Origin: Anaerolineae bacterium
GTDB taxonomy: Bacteria > Chloroflexota > Anaerolineae > B4-G1 > SLSP01
Assembly: GCA_034435555.1 (NCBI GenBank)
Contig: DAOTXC010000120.1
Span: 3,132-67,131, forward strand
Length of the DNA stretch: 64,000 bases
Direction of reading: 5' to 3'
In this document: piece after piece, positions 32,765 to 43,701 of the stretch
Layout of the letters: every line of letters begins with the position of its first letter
Position numbering within the stretch: position 1 is the stretch's first letter
Translations under genes and position numbers: made by a program
The notes under the pieces: model-generated
What the model saw: only the letters and a program-made list of their open reading frames with translations
The model's database searches: none
What the model was told of the DNA's origin: nothing

Positions 32765-33184
32765 ATGAAAGTATTGGCCTTCAATGCTGATCTTTGCACG
32801 GGCGCGCGCGAGTGCGAGGCCGCCTGCGCTCAGACATGGTTCAAGGTGCAAGACGCCGCCAAATCCAGCATCCGCATCAGCACGAAAGATAACGGCTTCA
32901 GCGCCGCGTTCTGCATTCAGTGCGGCAAGTGCATCGAGGTTTGCCCCACCGAGGCGCTTTACTACAACAAGCAGGGTGTCGTCCTGCTGAAGAAAGACCT
33001 GTGCGTGGGCTGTATGTCGTGTGTGGGCTTCTGCCCCTACGACGTGATGTACTTCGCGCCGGAAGAGGCCATCGCCTTCAAGTGCGTCGCCTGCGGGCAG
33101 TGCGTCAAAGCGTGCCCAAATGACGCGCTGAAGATCGTGGAGGTCGAAGAGGCTTCTACAGATGTGTGGAATTTGCGATTTTAG
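32765..33184 (+). CDS. Poly-ferredoxin (three or four 4Fe-4S cluster motifs), probable electron partner of AOR
   Basis: CIQCGKCIEVCP. CVGCMSCVGFCP. CVACGQCVKACP cluster motifs. 139 aa. Confidence 0.8.
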   Translation: MKVLAFNADLCTGARECEAACAQTWFKVQDAAKSSIRISTKDNGFSAAFCIQCGKCIEVCPTEALYYNKQGVVLLKKDLCVGCMSCVGFCPYDVMYFAPEEAIAFKCVACGQCVKACPNDALKIVEVEEASTDVWNLRF

Positions 33185-33236
33185 ATTTGGGAGATTTCAC
33201 CGCAAAGACGCAAAGATTTCAGAGAGGGCTTGACGA

Positions 33237-33557
33237 TTGGAACACATAACAATTCTGAAACAAATTCAGCAGCAGACCATTACCGAACAGCTGCGCCTTA
33301 CACAACACGCCCAACAGGAAATGGTCGAAGAGGACATTGTCTTGGATGATGTCCTTGAAGCAATCGCCACAGGCCAAATTCTGGAATACTATCCGGAGTA
33401 TCGGCGCGGAGCCTGTTGCCTATTAGGCGGTTATACATATACGGGGCGTGCGCTACACATCGTATGTACCACAGCAAATCCAATCTTGATTATTATCACC
33501 GTTTATGTTCCCTTACCGCCTAAGTGGGTCACACCAACACAGAGGAGCGAGACATGA
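33237..33557 (+). CDS. DUF4258-family protein (toxin-like component)
   Basis: Small protein with a C-terminal hydrophobic beta-rich block typical of DUF4258. TTG start preceded by AGAGAGGG. Overlaps the next gene by 4 nt. Confidence 0.5.
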   Translation: MEHITILKQIQQQTITEQLRLTQHAQQEMVEEDIVLDDVLEAIATGQILEYYPEYRRGACCLLGGYTYTGRALHIVCTTANPILIIITVYVPLPPKWVTPTQRSET

Positions 33558-33784
33558 ACATGAAATGTAGCTTTGAGGGTTGTCCTGGCGAGTATGAGCA
33601 CCAGGAAATCATCCATGCAGTAAGACACAGAGGAGAAATCGTGGTGATTGACCATGTGCCCGCCGAGGTTTGCTCCGTATGTGGCGATGTACTACTGCAC
33701 CCTGAAATTGTGCGTCAAATCGAAACGCTGCTGCAAGAAGAACAACCTGCTCCAAAGATGGCACCCTTGTATGAATATGCCTGA
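33554..33784 (+). CDS. YgiT-type (MqsA N-terminal-like) zinc-finger protein, antitoxin-like
   Basis: CSFEGCPGEY ... VIDHVPAEVCSVCGDVLL is the YgiT-type Zn-ribbon pattern (TIGR03831-like). Start set to MNMKC (33554), overlapping the DUF4258 stop. Confidence 0.55.
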   Translation: MNMKCSFEGCPGEYEHQEIIHAVRHRGEIVVIDHVPAEVCSVCGDVLLHPEIVRQIETLLQEEQPAPKMAPLYEYA

Positions 33785-33814
33785 TCAATCTAATTTGCTT
33801 TAGGGAGAAAATCT

Positions 33815-35956
33815 ATGACTGAAAAATTTACCCGTAAGATCCTCGCGGAATTTCCGTATGTCGCGCCCCAGGTGGAGCGCGGTTATACCAACCAGACCCT
33901 CTACGTCAACGTCGGCACGGGCGAAATCAAGGCCAAACCCGTGTCCGAGGAGATGAAGCTGCAGTTCACCGGCGGCAAGGGCTTCGATCTGTGGCTGCTG
34001 TGGCATGCGGTCAACGATGACACGAAGTGGGACTCGCCCGAAAACGAAATCGTCATCTCCAGCGGGCCGTGCGGCGGCGTGACGCAGTACCCCGGATCCG
34101 GCAAGTCGCTCATCACCACCATCTCCCCCATCACCGAGATCGTCACCGACTGCAACGCGGGCGGGCACTTCGGGCCGCTGCTCAAGTTCAGCGGCTGGGA
34201 CGCTATCGAAGTGCAGGGCATCGCCGAGAAAGACGTAGTGGTGATTGTGGACGCCATCGAGGGCAAAGTCACCCTCGAGGAGCTGCCCGATGCGCCGGAT
34301 GACACCCACATCCTGGGCGCGTGGCTCTATGACGCGCTCGCCGAGAAGCCGGAAGAGAAACATTACATCGCTGTAGTTTCCGCCGGGACGGGCGCGGAGC
34401 ATTCGCTGCTCGGCTGCCTCAACTTCAGCCTGTACGACCGTAAGCGGCAGGATGTGCGCTACAAGCAGGGCGCGCGCGGCGGCCCCGGCACTGTCCTGCG
34501 GCAGAAGCGCATCAAGGCGCTGGTGGTGCGCGCGAAGCCGTTCAAGGGTGACGCGAACCATCCCGCCGACCCGGAGCGCATCGCGCGCGTGGGTGCGGAT
34601 ATGCAGAAGGAAGTCGCCACCTGGGACCCCGTCCAGAACCGGATGCGCAATCGCGGCACGCCCTATCTGGTGGGCATCATGAGCGATTACGACCTGCTGC
34701 CGGTCAACAACTTCAAGTTTGGCGCGCACCCCAAAGCGCATGACATCAACGGCGCGTATTGGGAATCGCGCCTGACGCAAGGGCTGCCCGATGGCTGCTG
34801 GTATGGCTGCACCATCGCCTGCGCCCACGCCGTGGACGGCTTCGAGCTGCAAACCGGCCCGTACAAGGGGCAGAAGGTCATCGTGGATGGGCCGGAGTAC
34901 GAAACGGTCGGCGCGGTCGGCTCGACCTGCGGCATCTTCGATGCGGACGCCATCCTGGAGCTGAACTTCTACTGTGACACCTACGGCGTGGACACCATTT
35001 CCTACGGCAACACCATCGGCTTCCTCATGGAATGCTACGAAGCGGGGATTCTCGACAAAGAGAAGACCGGGGGGCTAGAGCTCACCTTCGGCAACGCGGC
35101 AGCCTCGCTGGAGATTCTGCATCAGCTGGCGCGCGGCGAGGGCCTGGGCAAGCTGGCCGGGCTGGGCGTCCACAAGCTCAAGGCCATCATGGTGGAGCAG
35201 TACGGGGCCGATCCGCAGTTCATGCAGGACATCGGCATGGAGAACAAGGGCATGGAGTACTCCATGTACATGGCGAAGGAATCGCTGGCGCAGCAGGGCG
35301 GCTACGCGCTCACCAACAAAGGCCCGCAACACGATGAAGCCTGGCTCATCTTCATGGACATGGTCAACAACCAGCTGCCCACCTTCGAGGATAAGGCCGA
35401 GGCGCTGCACTACTTCCCCATGTGGCGCACCTGGTTTGGGCTGTGCGGTTTCTGCAAGCTGCCGTGGAACGATGTGGTAGATCCCAAGAACGCGGAAAGC
35501 GACGAGCCGGCCAAAATCCCGCATCACGTCCAGAACTATGTGGACATTTTCTCCGCCGTGACGGGCCGCGAGGTCACCAAAGAGGATATTATCATCATGT
35601 CGGAGCGCGTCTATAACTTCCAGCGCGTGTTCAACATCCGCCTGGGCAAGGGCCTGCGCGAGCACGACTACCCACCCTATCGCGGGATGGGACCGGTGAC
35701 GGAAGAGGAGTACGAGTCGCGCCAGGAGCGCTACGACGGGCAATTGCGCGAGTGGGGCCACGATCCTGAGACGATGACGCTCCAGGAGAAGATGGCGGCA
35801 CATCGCAGACACCGGATGGAGCGCTACGAGCAGCTCATGGATGCGGTCTACGAACGGCGCGGCTGGACAAAGAACGGCGTCCCGACGATGGAGAAGCTCC
35901 AGGCGTTGGGCATTGATTACCCGGACATGCTCGCGGTAGTCGAAAAGCATCTGTAA
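33815..35956 (+). CDS. Aldehyde:ferredoxin oxidoreductase (tungsten/molybdopterin AOR family)
   Basis: 713 aa. AOR N-terminal domain and the cofactor-binding motifs of the AOR family (GGKGF ... cluster Cys in CGFCK). Confidence 0.9.
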   Translation: MTEKFTRKILAEFPYVAPQVERGYTNQTLYVNVGTGEIKAKPVSEEMKLQFTGGKGFDLWLLWHAVNDDTKWDSPENEIVISSGPCGGVTQYPGSGKSLITTISPITEIVTDCNAGGHFGPLLKFSGWDAIEVQGIAEKDVVVIVDAIEGKVTLEELPDAPDDTHILGAWLYDALAEKPEEKHYIAVVSAGTGAEHSLLGCLNFSLYDRKRQDVRYKQGARGGPGTVLRQKRIKALVVRAKPFKGDANHPADPERIARVGADMQKEVATWDPVQNRMRNRGTPYLVGIMSDYDLLPVNNFKFGAHPKAHDINGAYWESRLTQGLPDGCWYGCTIACAHAVDGFELQTGPYKGQKVIVDGPEYETVGAVGSTCGIFDADAILELNFYCDTYGVDTISYGNTIGFLMECYEAGILDKEKTGGLELTFGNAAASLEILHQLARGEGLGKLAGLGVHKLKAIMVEQYGADPQFMQDIGMENKGMEYSMYMAKESLAQQGGYALTNKGPQHDEAWLIFMDMVNNQLPTFEDKAEALHYFPMWRTWFGLCGFCKLPWNDVVDPKNAESDEPAKIPHHVQNYVDIFSAVTGREVTKEDIIIMSERVYNFQRVFNIRLGKGLREHDYPPYRGMGPVTEEEYESRQERYDGQLREWGHDPETMTLQEKMAAHRRHRMERYEQLMDAVYERRGWTKNGVPTMEKLQALGIDYPDMLAVVEKHL

Positions 35957-35985
35957 GCATCTTAATGTTTTTAGCCACAAATTTG

Positions 35986-36037
35986 CACGAATTTGACGAA
36001 TTTTTTGAAAATATGTGAGAATTCGTGGAATTCGTGG
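35986..36037. promoter_or_regulatory. Operator-like 2x2 repeat site: two direct ACGAATTT units and two direct AATTCGTGG units in inverted orientation
   Basis: CACGAATTTGACGAATTTTTTG ... GAGAATTCGTGGAATTCGTGG. Lies between the AOR stop and the MoaD-like gene. Confidence 0.4.
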
Positions 36038-36049
36038 CAAAGTAAAACA

Positions 36050-36250
36050 ATGATTACCATTAATAAACGCGAACCATTCAACTGGCATGAGGGGCTGACC
36101 GTCGCGGAACTGCTTGCGGCGAAGACCTACACCTACCCGCACATCATCGTCTCCATCAACGGGACGGTGGTGCCGCACGACACCTACGCGGAGACGCTCA
36201 TCCCTGATGAGGCGGACGTGCGGGTGATTCACCTCATCGCAGGCGGATAG
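36050..36250 (+). CDS. ThiS/MoaD-family sulfur-carrier protein (C-terminal GG)
   Basis: 66 aa ending ...HLIAGG*. Ubiquitin-like fold pattern. Start codon uncertain (weak SD). Confidence 0.55.
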   Translation: MITINKREPFNWHEGLTVAELLAAKTYTYPHIIVSINGTVVPHDTYAETLIPDEADVRVIHLIAGG

Positions 36251-36268
36251 GCTCAACAATCAAAGAGA

Positions 36269-36302
36269 GGCCCCCGATGCAGTGATACCACCATCGGGGG
36301 CC
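36269..36302. terminator. Bidirectional hairpin terminator (11-bp perfect stem GGCCCCCGATG/CATCGGGGGCC, 12-nt loop)
   Basis: Lies between the convergent MoaD-like and YeiH-like genes. Confidence 0.45.
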
Positions 36303-36325
36303 TGGTATTCAGGAAATCCCCGACG

Positions 36326-37498
36326 CTATCCCCCAACCAACAAGGTGATCGCAGCAATGCTGATCCCCCCGACCGTTAGCGCCGCGATCAATCCCACAAC
36401 GAAGGGCTTGAAGCCCAGCCCTTTGAAAGCGCTGAAGCGCGTGCTCAAGCCCACCCCGGCCAGCGCCACCGCCAGAAAGTTCACTGCCCACTGGTTAAGC
36501 GTGCCGTGCAAACCCCGCCAGGTCACTGCATCCCACAGCCACCAGGCCCTGCCCGTCGCAGCGAGGGCCGCGTCCCCCAACGTGCGCACGGCTGCCAAAG
36601 CCAAAAATCCAAGGATAAAGAAGGGTATCAGCTTGCAGACATCCGTCTTGCATGATCCCTCCTCAGAGGTCGTGCGCGCATAGTGCAGCGCCATCAGCGG
36701 AACCACGAGAACCAGAAAGACGTTGCGCACCAGCTTCGTCACCGTCGCCACGTCGAGTACCTGCGGCGCGGCGAAAAGATCGGCGTAGACCAATCCTGCA
36801 CCGGTGACCTGAGAGGTATCGTGAATCGCCGTTCCCAAAAACAACCCCGTCCGCACCGGATCGCCGCCGAACAGCCAATGCGCCAGGTAGGGATAGAGCA
36901 GCGTCGCCACGATACCGAAGACTGTGATCACCGCCACGGCATACGCGACCTCTTCCTCCTCCGCGTCAATGGCCGGCGCGGTTGCCAAAATTGCGCTCAC
37001 CCCGCAGATTGAGCTCCCCACCGCGATCAAAGCGCCCAGACGCGCGGGGAGTTTCAGCCAGCGGGTGGCCGCCGTGGTAAAGAGCAGCGCCCCAACGATA
37101 CAGGCCACGACAATCGGAAGGCCCTGGCCGCCCAACTGCAAAACCTCGAAAAGGCTCAACCGAATGCCCAGCAGGATGATGCCCACGCGCAGCAACTTCT
37201 TCACTGCAAATTTGAGGCCCGGTTTGAGTCGCGCGGGCACGGTGAACAGATTGCCGGCCAACAATCCCAACACAATTGCCATCATCACACTGGAAACAGG
37301 CGACTTCTCAAAGCCCATCCAGCGCACCCCAATCACCTCGCTAAGCCAGATACTCAAGATCGCCACCAGCACCGCCAGCAGCAGCCCCGGCCACACCTGC
37401 ATCCCAATCTGCCACGGTTTGAGCATGACCGCGAGACGTGTCGCTCTTTCCGCCTTGATGCTACGTTCCATTCCCAGCACCTCCTCGATTTTAATCAC
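36326..37498 (-). CDS. YeiH/UPF0324-family membrane protein (putative sulfate exporter family)
   Basis: About 10 TM segments. Family-like blocks LSEVIGVRWMGF ... SSVMMAIVLGLLAGN. True start may be internal. Confidence 0.55.
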   Translation of the reverse strand: MIKIEEVLGMERSIKAERATRLAVMLKPWQIGMQVWPGLLLAVLVAILSIWLSEVIGVRWMGFEKSPVSSVMMAIVLGLLAGNLFTVPARLKPGLKFAVKKLLRVGIILLGIRLSLFEVLQLGGQGLPIVVACIVGALLFTTAATRWLKLPARLGALIAVGSSICGVSAILATAPAIDAEEEEVAYAVAVITVFGIVATLLYPYLAHWLFGGDPVRTGLFLGTAIHDTSQVTGAGLVYADLFAAPQVLDVATVTKLVRNVFLVLVVPLMALHYARTTSEEGSCKTDVCKLIPFFILGFLALAAVRTLGDAALAATGRAWWLWDAVTWRGLHGTLNQWAVNFLAVALAGVGLSTRFSAFKGLGFKPFVVGLIAALTVGGISIAAITLLVGG

Positions 37499-37612
37499 AC
37501 TCTAGCACACAAATCGTAAAAAGACAATTTATAAAAGAAGTTGAAAAATTAAATCGCGCATTTCCCATTTGGATATTTAGAAGTACAATTGTGTAGTTAC
37601 TTCTAATCTGTG

Positions 37613-37630
37613 AAATCCGTGTCAATCCGT
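37613..37630 (+). promoter_or_regulatory. Direct repeat AATCCGTG x2 (10-bp period) 20 nt upstream of the pyrG SD
   Basis: GAAATCCGTGTCAATCCGTGAGCC read directly. Function unknown. Confidence 0.25.
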
Positions 37631-37653
37631 GAGCCGTTTTGGAAGGAGCGCAC

Positions 37654-39270
<1,617 letters not shown>

Positions 39271-39326
39271 CGCCCCACTTCGCCAACGTCTCCGCGGAAC
39301 TTTTACCCAATTGTAACGCGGCGCAT

Positions 39327-39355
39327 TTGACAGCAAAATAAATTTAAGGTAGACT
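39327..39355 (+). promoter_or_regulatory. sigma70-like promoter TTGACA-N17-TAGACT upstream of the histidine kinase gene
   Basis: Read directly. About 40-nt leader to the ATG at 39398. Confidence 0.4.
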
Positions 39356-39397
39356 GGTAACATCAGTTTAACCTAACCATCATGCGAAGCAACCGCT

Positions 39398-40714
39398 ATG
39401 ACCACGGAACCCGCCAAAAAGATCTTCGAAGCGAATGAGATTGACGAGGCCCAAGACCTGCGCAGCACCTTCTACTTTGCCGGGCTGCTGATACTGGGAT
39501 TGGCCGCGCTGATACTCACCTCCAGCAACCGCATTGCCGCGCTGCAAATTCCGCCCACAGAGCTGGGCCTGATCGTCATCGCAGCACTCGCCATCACCAC
39601 CTGCGGGCTGATTGCTCTGCAAATGGGCGTCGCGGTGCGCCTCGTCTCATGGTGCAGCCTGACGCTCTACACCATCATCCTCACCTTTGCTGTCCACTAC
39701 ACTGGCGGCCCGCAGACCCCCTTCCCGGCAGTCTATCTCGTGATCGTGCTGGGCGCTTCTTTCTTGCTAGGGCGCAAAGGGGCCACCATGATCGCCCTCC
39801 TCAGCGTCCTCTGCTACGCAGCGGTGCTTTATCTTGAGTACAAAGGGATCTTGCCCATGATCCAAATCTGGGGGATGCAGTTCTCACCTCAGGAACGGGG
39901 GTCGCTGCTCATCATCAACTGGATCACCCTGAGCATCCCCACCCTCATCACCTCGCAGTTGGCAGGATCATTGGCCGAGCGGCTCCGGCAGACCAACAGC
40001 AACCTACGCGAATCGGAGCGCCTCCGCGACAACCTCTCCCACATGATCGTCCACGACCTGCGCAACCCCATCACCGCCCTGATGGGTGGGTTAGACATCC
40101 TGCGCATGACGCTGCTTGACAAGATGAACGATGACCAGAAGCAACTACTCGAAAATGCGCGGCGCAGCGGGCACGTTCTCATCGGCCTGGTGGGTGAGAT
40201 TTTGGACATCAGCAAGATGGAGGCAGGGAAATTCAAACTCAATATTGAGCCGGTCAACCTCTGCAAACTCATCGAAGAGAGCGTTGATGGCAACCGCGCC
40301 CTCGCCGAAATCGAGGATATCAGCCTGGAAATCACAACTTGTAGCGCGGCCAACGCCATCCCCTGCGACCGGCAGCTGATCAGCCGCGTCCTTGCCAACC
40401 TGATCTCCAACGCCATCAAGCACACCCCCGCTGAAGGCACAATCACCGTCTCCGCCAACCACATCCCCAGCACAGAGCAGGTCATCGTGAGCGTGAGCGA
40501 TACCGGCGTGGGTATCCCGCCGGAATACCAAAAACTGATCTTCGAGAAGTTTGGGCAGGTACAGCGTCAGGGCGGACGGCAGGGAACCGGTCTGGGACTG
40601 ACCTTTTGCAAAATGACGGTCGAGGAACATGGCGGGGAAATCTGGGTCGAGAGCCAGGTGGGACAGGGCAGCACCTTCTCCTTCAGCCTGCCGCTGAAGC
40701 AACTCGCCAACTAA
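39398..40714 (+). CDS. Membrane sensor histidine kinase (5-6 TM N-terminal domain, HisKA, HATPase)
   Basis: H-box IVHDLRNPI. N-box ISNAIKHT. G-boxes DTGVGI / GTGLGL. No cognate RR adjacent. Confidence 0.85.
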   Translation: MTTEPAKKIFEANEIDEAQDLRSTFYFAGLLILGLAALILTSSNRIAALQIPPTELGLIVIAALAITTCGLIALQMGVAVRLVSWCSLTLYTIILTFAVHYTGGPQTPFPAVYLVIVLGASFLLGRKGATMIALLSVLCYAAVLYLEYKGILPMIQIWGMQFSPQERGSLLIINWITLSIPTLITSQLAGSLAERLRQTNSNLRESERLRDNLSHMIVHDLRNPITALMGGLDILRMTLLDKMNDDQKQLLENARRSGHVLIGLVGEILDISKMEAGKFKLNIEPVNLCKLIEESVDGNRALAEIEDISLEITTCSAANAIPCDRQLISRVLANLISNAIKHTPAEGTITVSANHIPSTEQVIVSVSDTGVGIPPEYQKLIFEKFGQVQRQGGRQGTGLGLTFCKMTVEEHGGEIWVESQVGQGSTFSFSLPLKQLAN

Positions 40715-40775
40715 AGGCAGCTTAACCACGCGCCCCAAGCATGGCTTGAGGCGCGTCTCTTTTGTCTATCGCCCG

Positions 40776-41819
40776 TCAGCCGCTCAAGCCATAGCGCGCC
40801 AACGCAAGCGCCAGAATCTCGTTGATGAGCGTCGCGTGCGAGACGCCCTCCGCGCGCGAGATGATGCACATGTCGCTCACCGCCGGGTTCAGGCCCGGCA
40901 GCGTGTTGATCTCGATCAAATAGGGACGCCCCTCCGCATCCAGGCGAAAATCAACCCGCGCTACGTCAAAGGCCTCGAGCGCCTCGAAGGCGGCTATCGC
41001 CAACGTCCCCAGCTCCGTCGCCAGGGCGTCGGGGATGTCGGCAGGGCAGAGATAGAGCGGCGCTTCGGGATCGTCCAGCGCAAAGGACTTCGCCAGCGCG
41101 TTGTAGACGCCGCCGCTAGCGCCCGCGCTGGCATCCACCTCGAGGACAGGGAAGATGTGATAGCCCTGCGCGTTATAGACGAGCGCGCAGCCCGGCGCAG
41201 GGTCCAGACCCGCATTGCCCACCAATCCCACAGTGAACTCGCGCCCCGGCAGGTACGTCTCCACCAGCGCCGCCTGGCGATAGGTCTCGATCACCCAACG
41301 CACCTGGGCGCGCAACTCGGCCTCGTCGTGGACGACGGAGCGCGCGTTGATGCCCATGCCGGACCCTTCGCGGACCGGCTTCACAAAGAGCGGGAAGGTA
41401 AGTCGCGGGTTCAGCGCCGCTTCGGGGCTGCGAAAACGCTGGAAGGGCGCGGTTGGCAGGCCGGCATCGCGCCAGAGGCCCTTGCAAGCGGCTTTATCGA
41501 GCGAGAGCGCGTTGGTAAGCACTTGGGAACCGGTGTAGGGGATCTTCAACAGCTCCAACAGGGCCGGGACGTGCGACTCGCGCGCGTCACCCGTGATCCC
41601 CTCGGCGATGTTGAAGCAGATGTCCGGCTGCTCGCGGCGGATGGTATCTAGCAACGTGCTATCCGCCTCCAGGAAGAGCGTCTCGTGGCCGGCGGATTCC
41701 AGCGCCGTGCGGATAGCCTGGACGGTCTCCTCGGCGTCATACTCAGCCAGAGCATCCTCCGGCGCGCCGGGCAAGAGTGGTAGACTATGTTTGAGGTTAG
41801 CAATGACCGCGACGCGCAT
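40776..41819 (-). CDS. D-Ala-D-Ala-ligase-family ATP-grasp ligase with non-canonical N-terminus
   Basis: ESHVPALLELLKIPYTGS ... SLDKAACKGLWRDAGLPTAPF ... ATP-grasp C-terminal Mg/ATP residues (EINTLPG). Lacks the Ddl N-terminal GGxSxEHxVS motif. Start at 41819 is 1 nt from the KamA stop. Confidence 0.7.
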   Translation of the reverse strand: MRVAVIANLKHSLPLLPGAPEDALAEYDAEETVQAIRTALESAGHETLFLEADSTLLDTIRREQPDICFNIAEGITGDARESHVPALLELLKIPYTGSQVLTNALSLDKAACKGLWRDAGLPTAPFQRFRSPEAALNPRLTFPLFVKPVREGSGMGINARSVVHDEAELRAQVRWVIETYRQAALVETYLPGREFTVGLVGNAGLDPAPGCALVYNAQGYHIFPVLEVDASAGASGGVYNALAKSFALDDPEAPLYLCPADIPDALATELGTLAIAAFEALEAFDVARVDFRLDAEGRPYLIEINTLPGLNPAVSDMCIISRAEGVSHATLINEILALALARYGLSG

Positions 41820-41820
41820 C

Positions 41821-43140
<1,320 letters not shown>

Positions 43141-43170
43141 TGCTTCTCCCTCCTAGCCGCTCAGGCTCGC

Positions 43171-43200
43171 AAAGATAAACGCCTGTTGCGCAAACAGGCG
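43171..43200 (-). terminator. Intrinsic terminator (8-bp stem GCCTGTT(G)/AACAGGC(G), loop GCGCA) followed by UUUAUCUUU on the minus strand
   Basis: Sits 95 nt downstream of the last gene of the ftsH-kinase operon. Confidence 0.5.
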
Positions 43201-43295
43201 CTTGTTAGACGAGGAGACATGATACCTGAAACATGTCCCAAAAGCATCCCAAAGGGCTTGCAATGGCATCGCAAAGCCGGGAAAGTGTGTGGCTT

Positions 43296-43676
43296 CTAGG
43301 ACATACCACCCCCTGGGGGGAGGAGCAACAGCGCGGCTTGCGAGCCGCCGGAGTGAAAATCGAGCACCTGCTGCACCTCTGTGAGCGTGCAGCCAAGTAG
43401 AAGTTTGAGCTCCACATCACGCTTGACCAGATCCACCGTACACACCAGCGCCGTGAGCCGGCGCTGCGGCAAGCTGCCGATCCAGATGTCAACGCCATCG
43501 CCATCTGCGGCAGTCGTCCCGGCGATGTAGCCATAATCCAGGGGATAGATGCGCTCCGGGTAACGGGGATGGGCGGAACCCGCCGGGCGGTCAATCACCC
43601 ATTCGCCGCTTGCCAGCAGGGTCTCCACGTAGTCCCAGAAATGGGGCGCGGCGAAGTGTCTATCCAAGGCTGACAA
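43296..43676 (-). CDS. Short inorganic-pyrophosphatase-like protein (degenerate or truncated family-I PPase fold)
   Basis: VIDRPAGSAHPRYPE ... YPLDYGYIAGTTAADGDGVDIWIG parallels PPase EIPAGSRNKYE ... YPANYGFIP..DGDPLDVLV. Only 126 aa, so the C-terminal half of a canonical PPase is missing. Confidence 0.4.
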   Translation of the reverse strand: MSALDRHFAAPHFWDYVETLLASGEWVIDRPAGSAHPRYPERIYPLDYGYIAGTTAADGDGVDIWIGSLPQRRLTALVCTVDLVKRDVELKLLLGCTLTEVQQVLDFHSGGSQAALLLLPPGGGMS

Positions 43677-43701
43677 AGACTGAAAGCGTTGACTGACGTG
43701 A

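Noticed and set aside
33237-33320. Alternative internal start (Met29) for the DUF4258 gene
   Set aside because: The TTG at 33237 is preceded by an SD-like AGAGAGGG at correct spacing. The internal ATG has no SD. Left as uncertainty.
36050-36250. Longer MoaD-like ORF starting at TTG 35993
   Set aside because: The extension would read through the operator-like repeat region and adds a non-conserved 19-aa N-terminus. The 66-aa version ending in GG fits the family.
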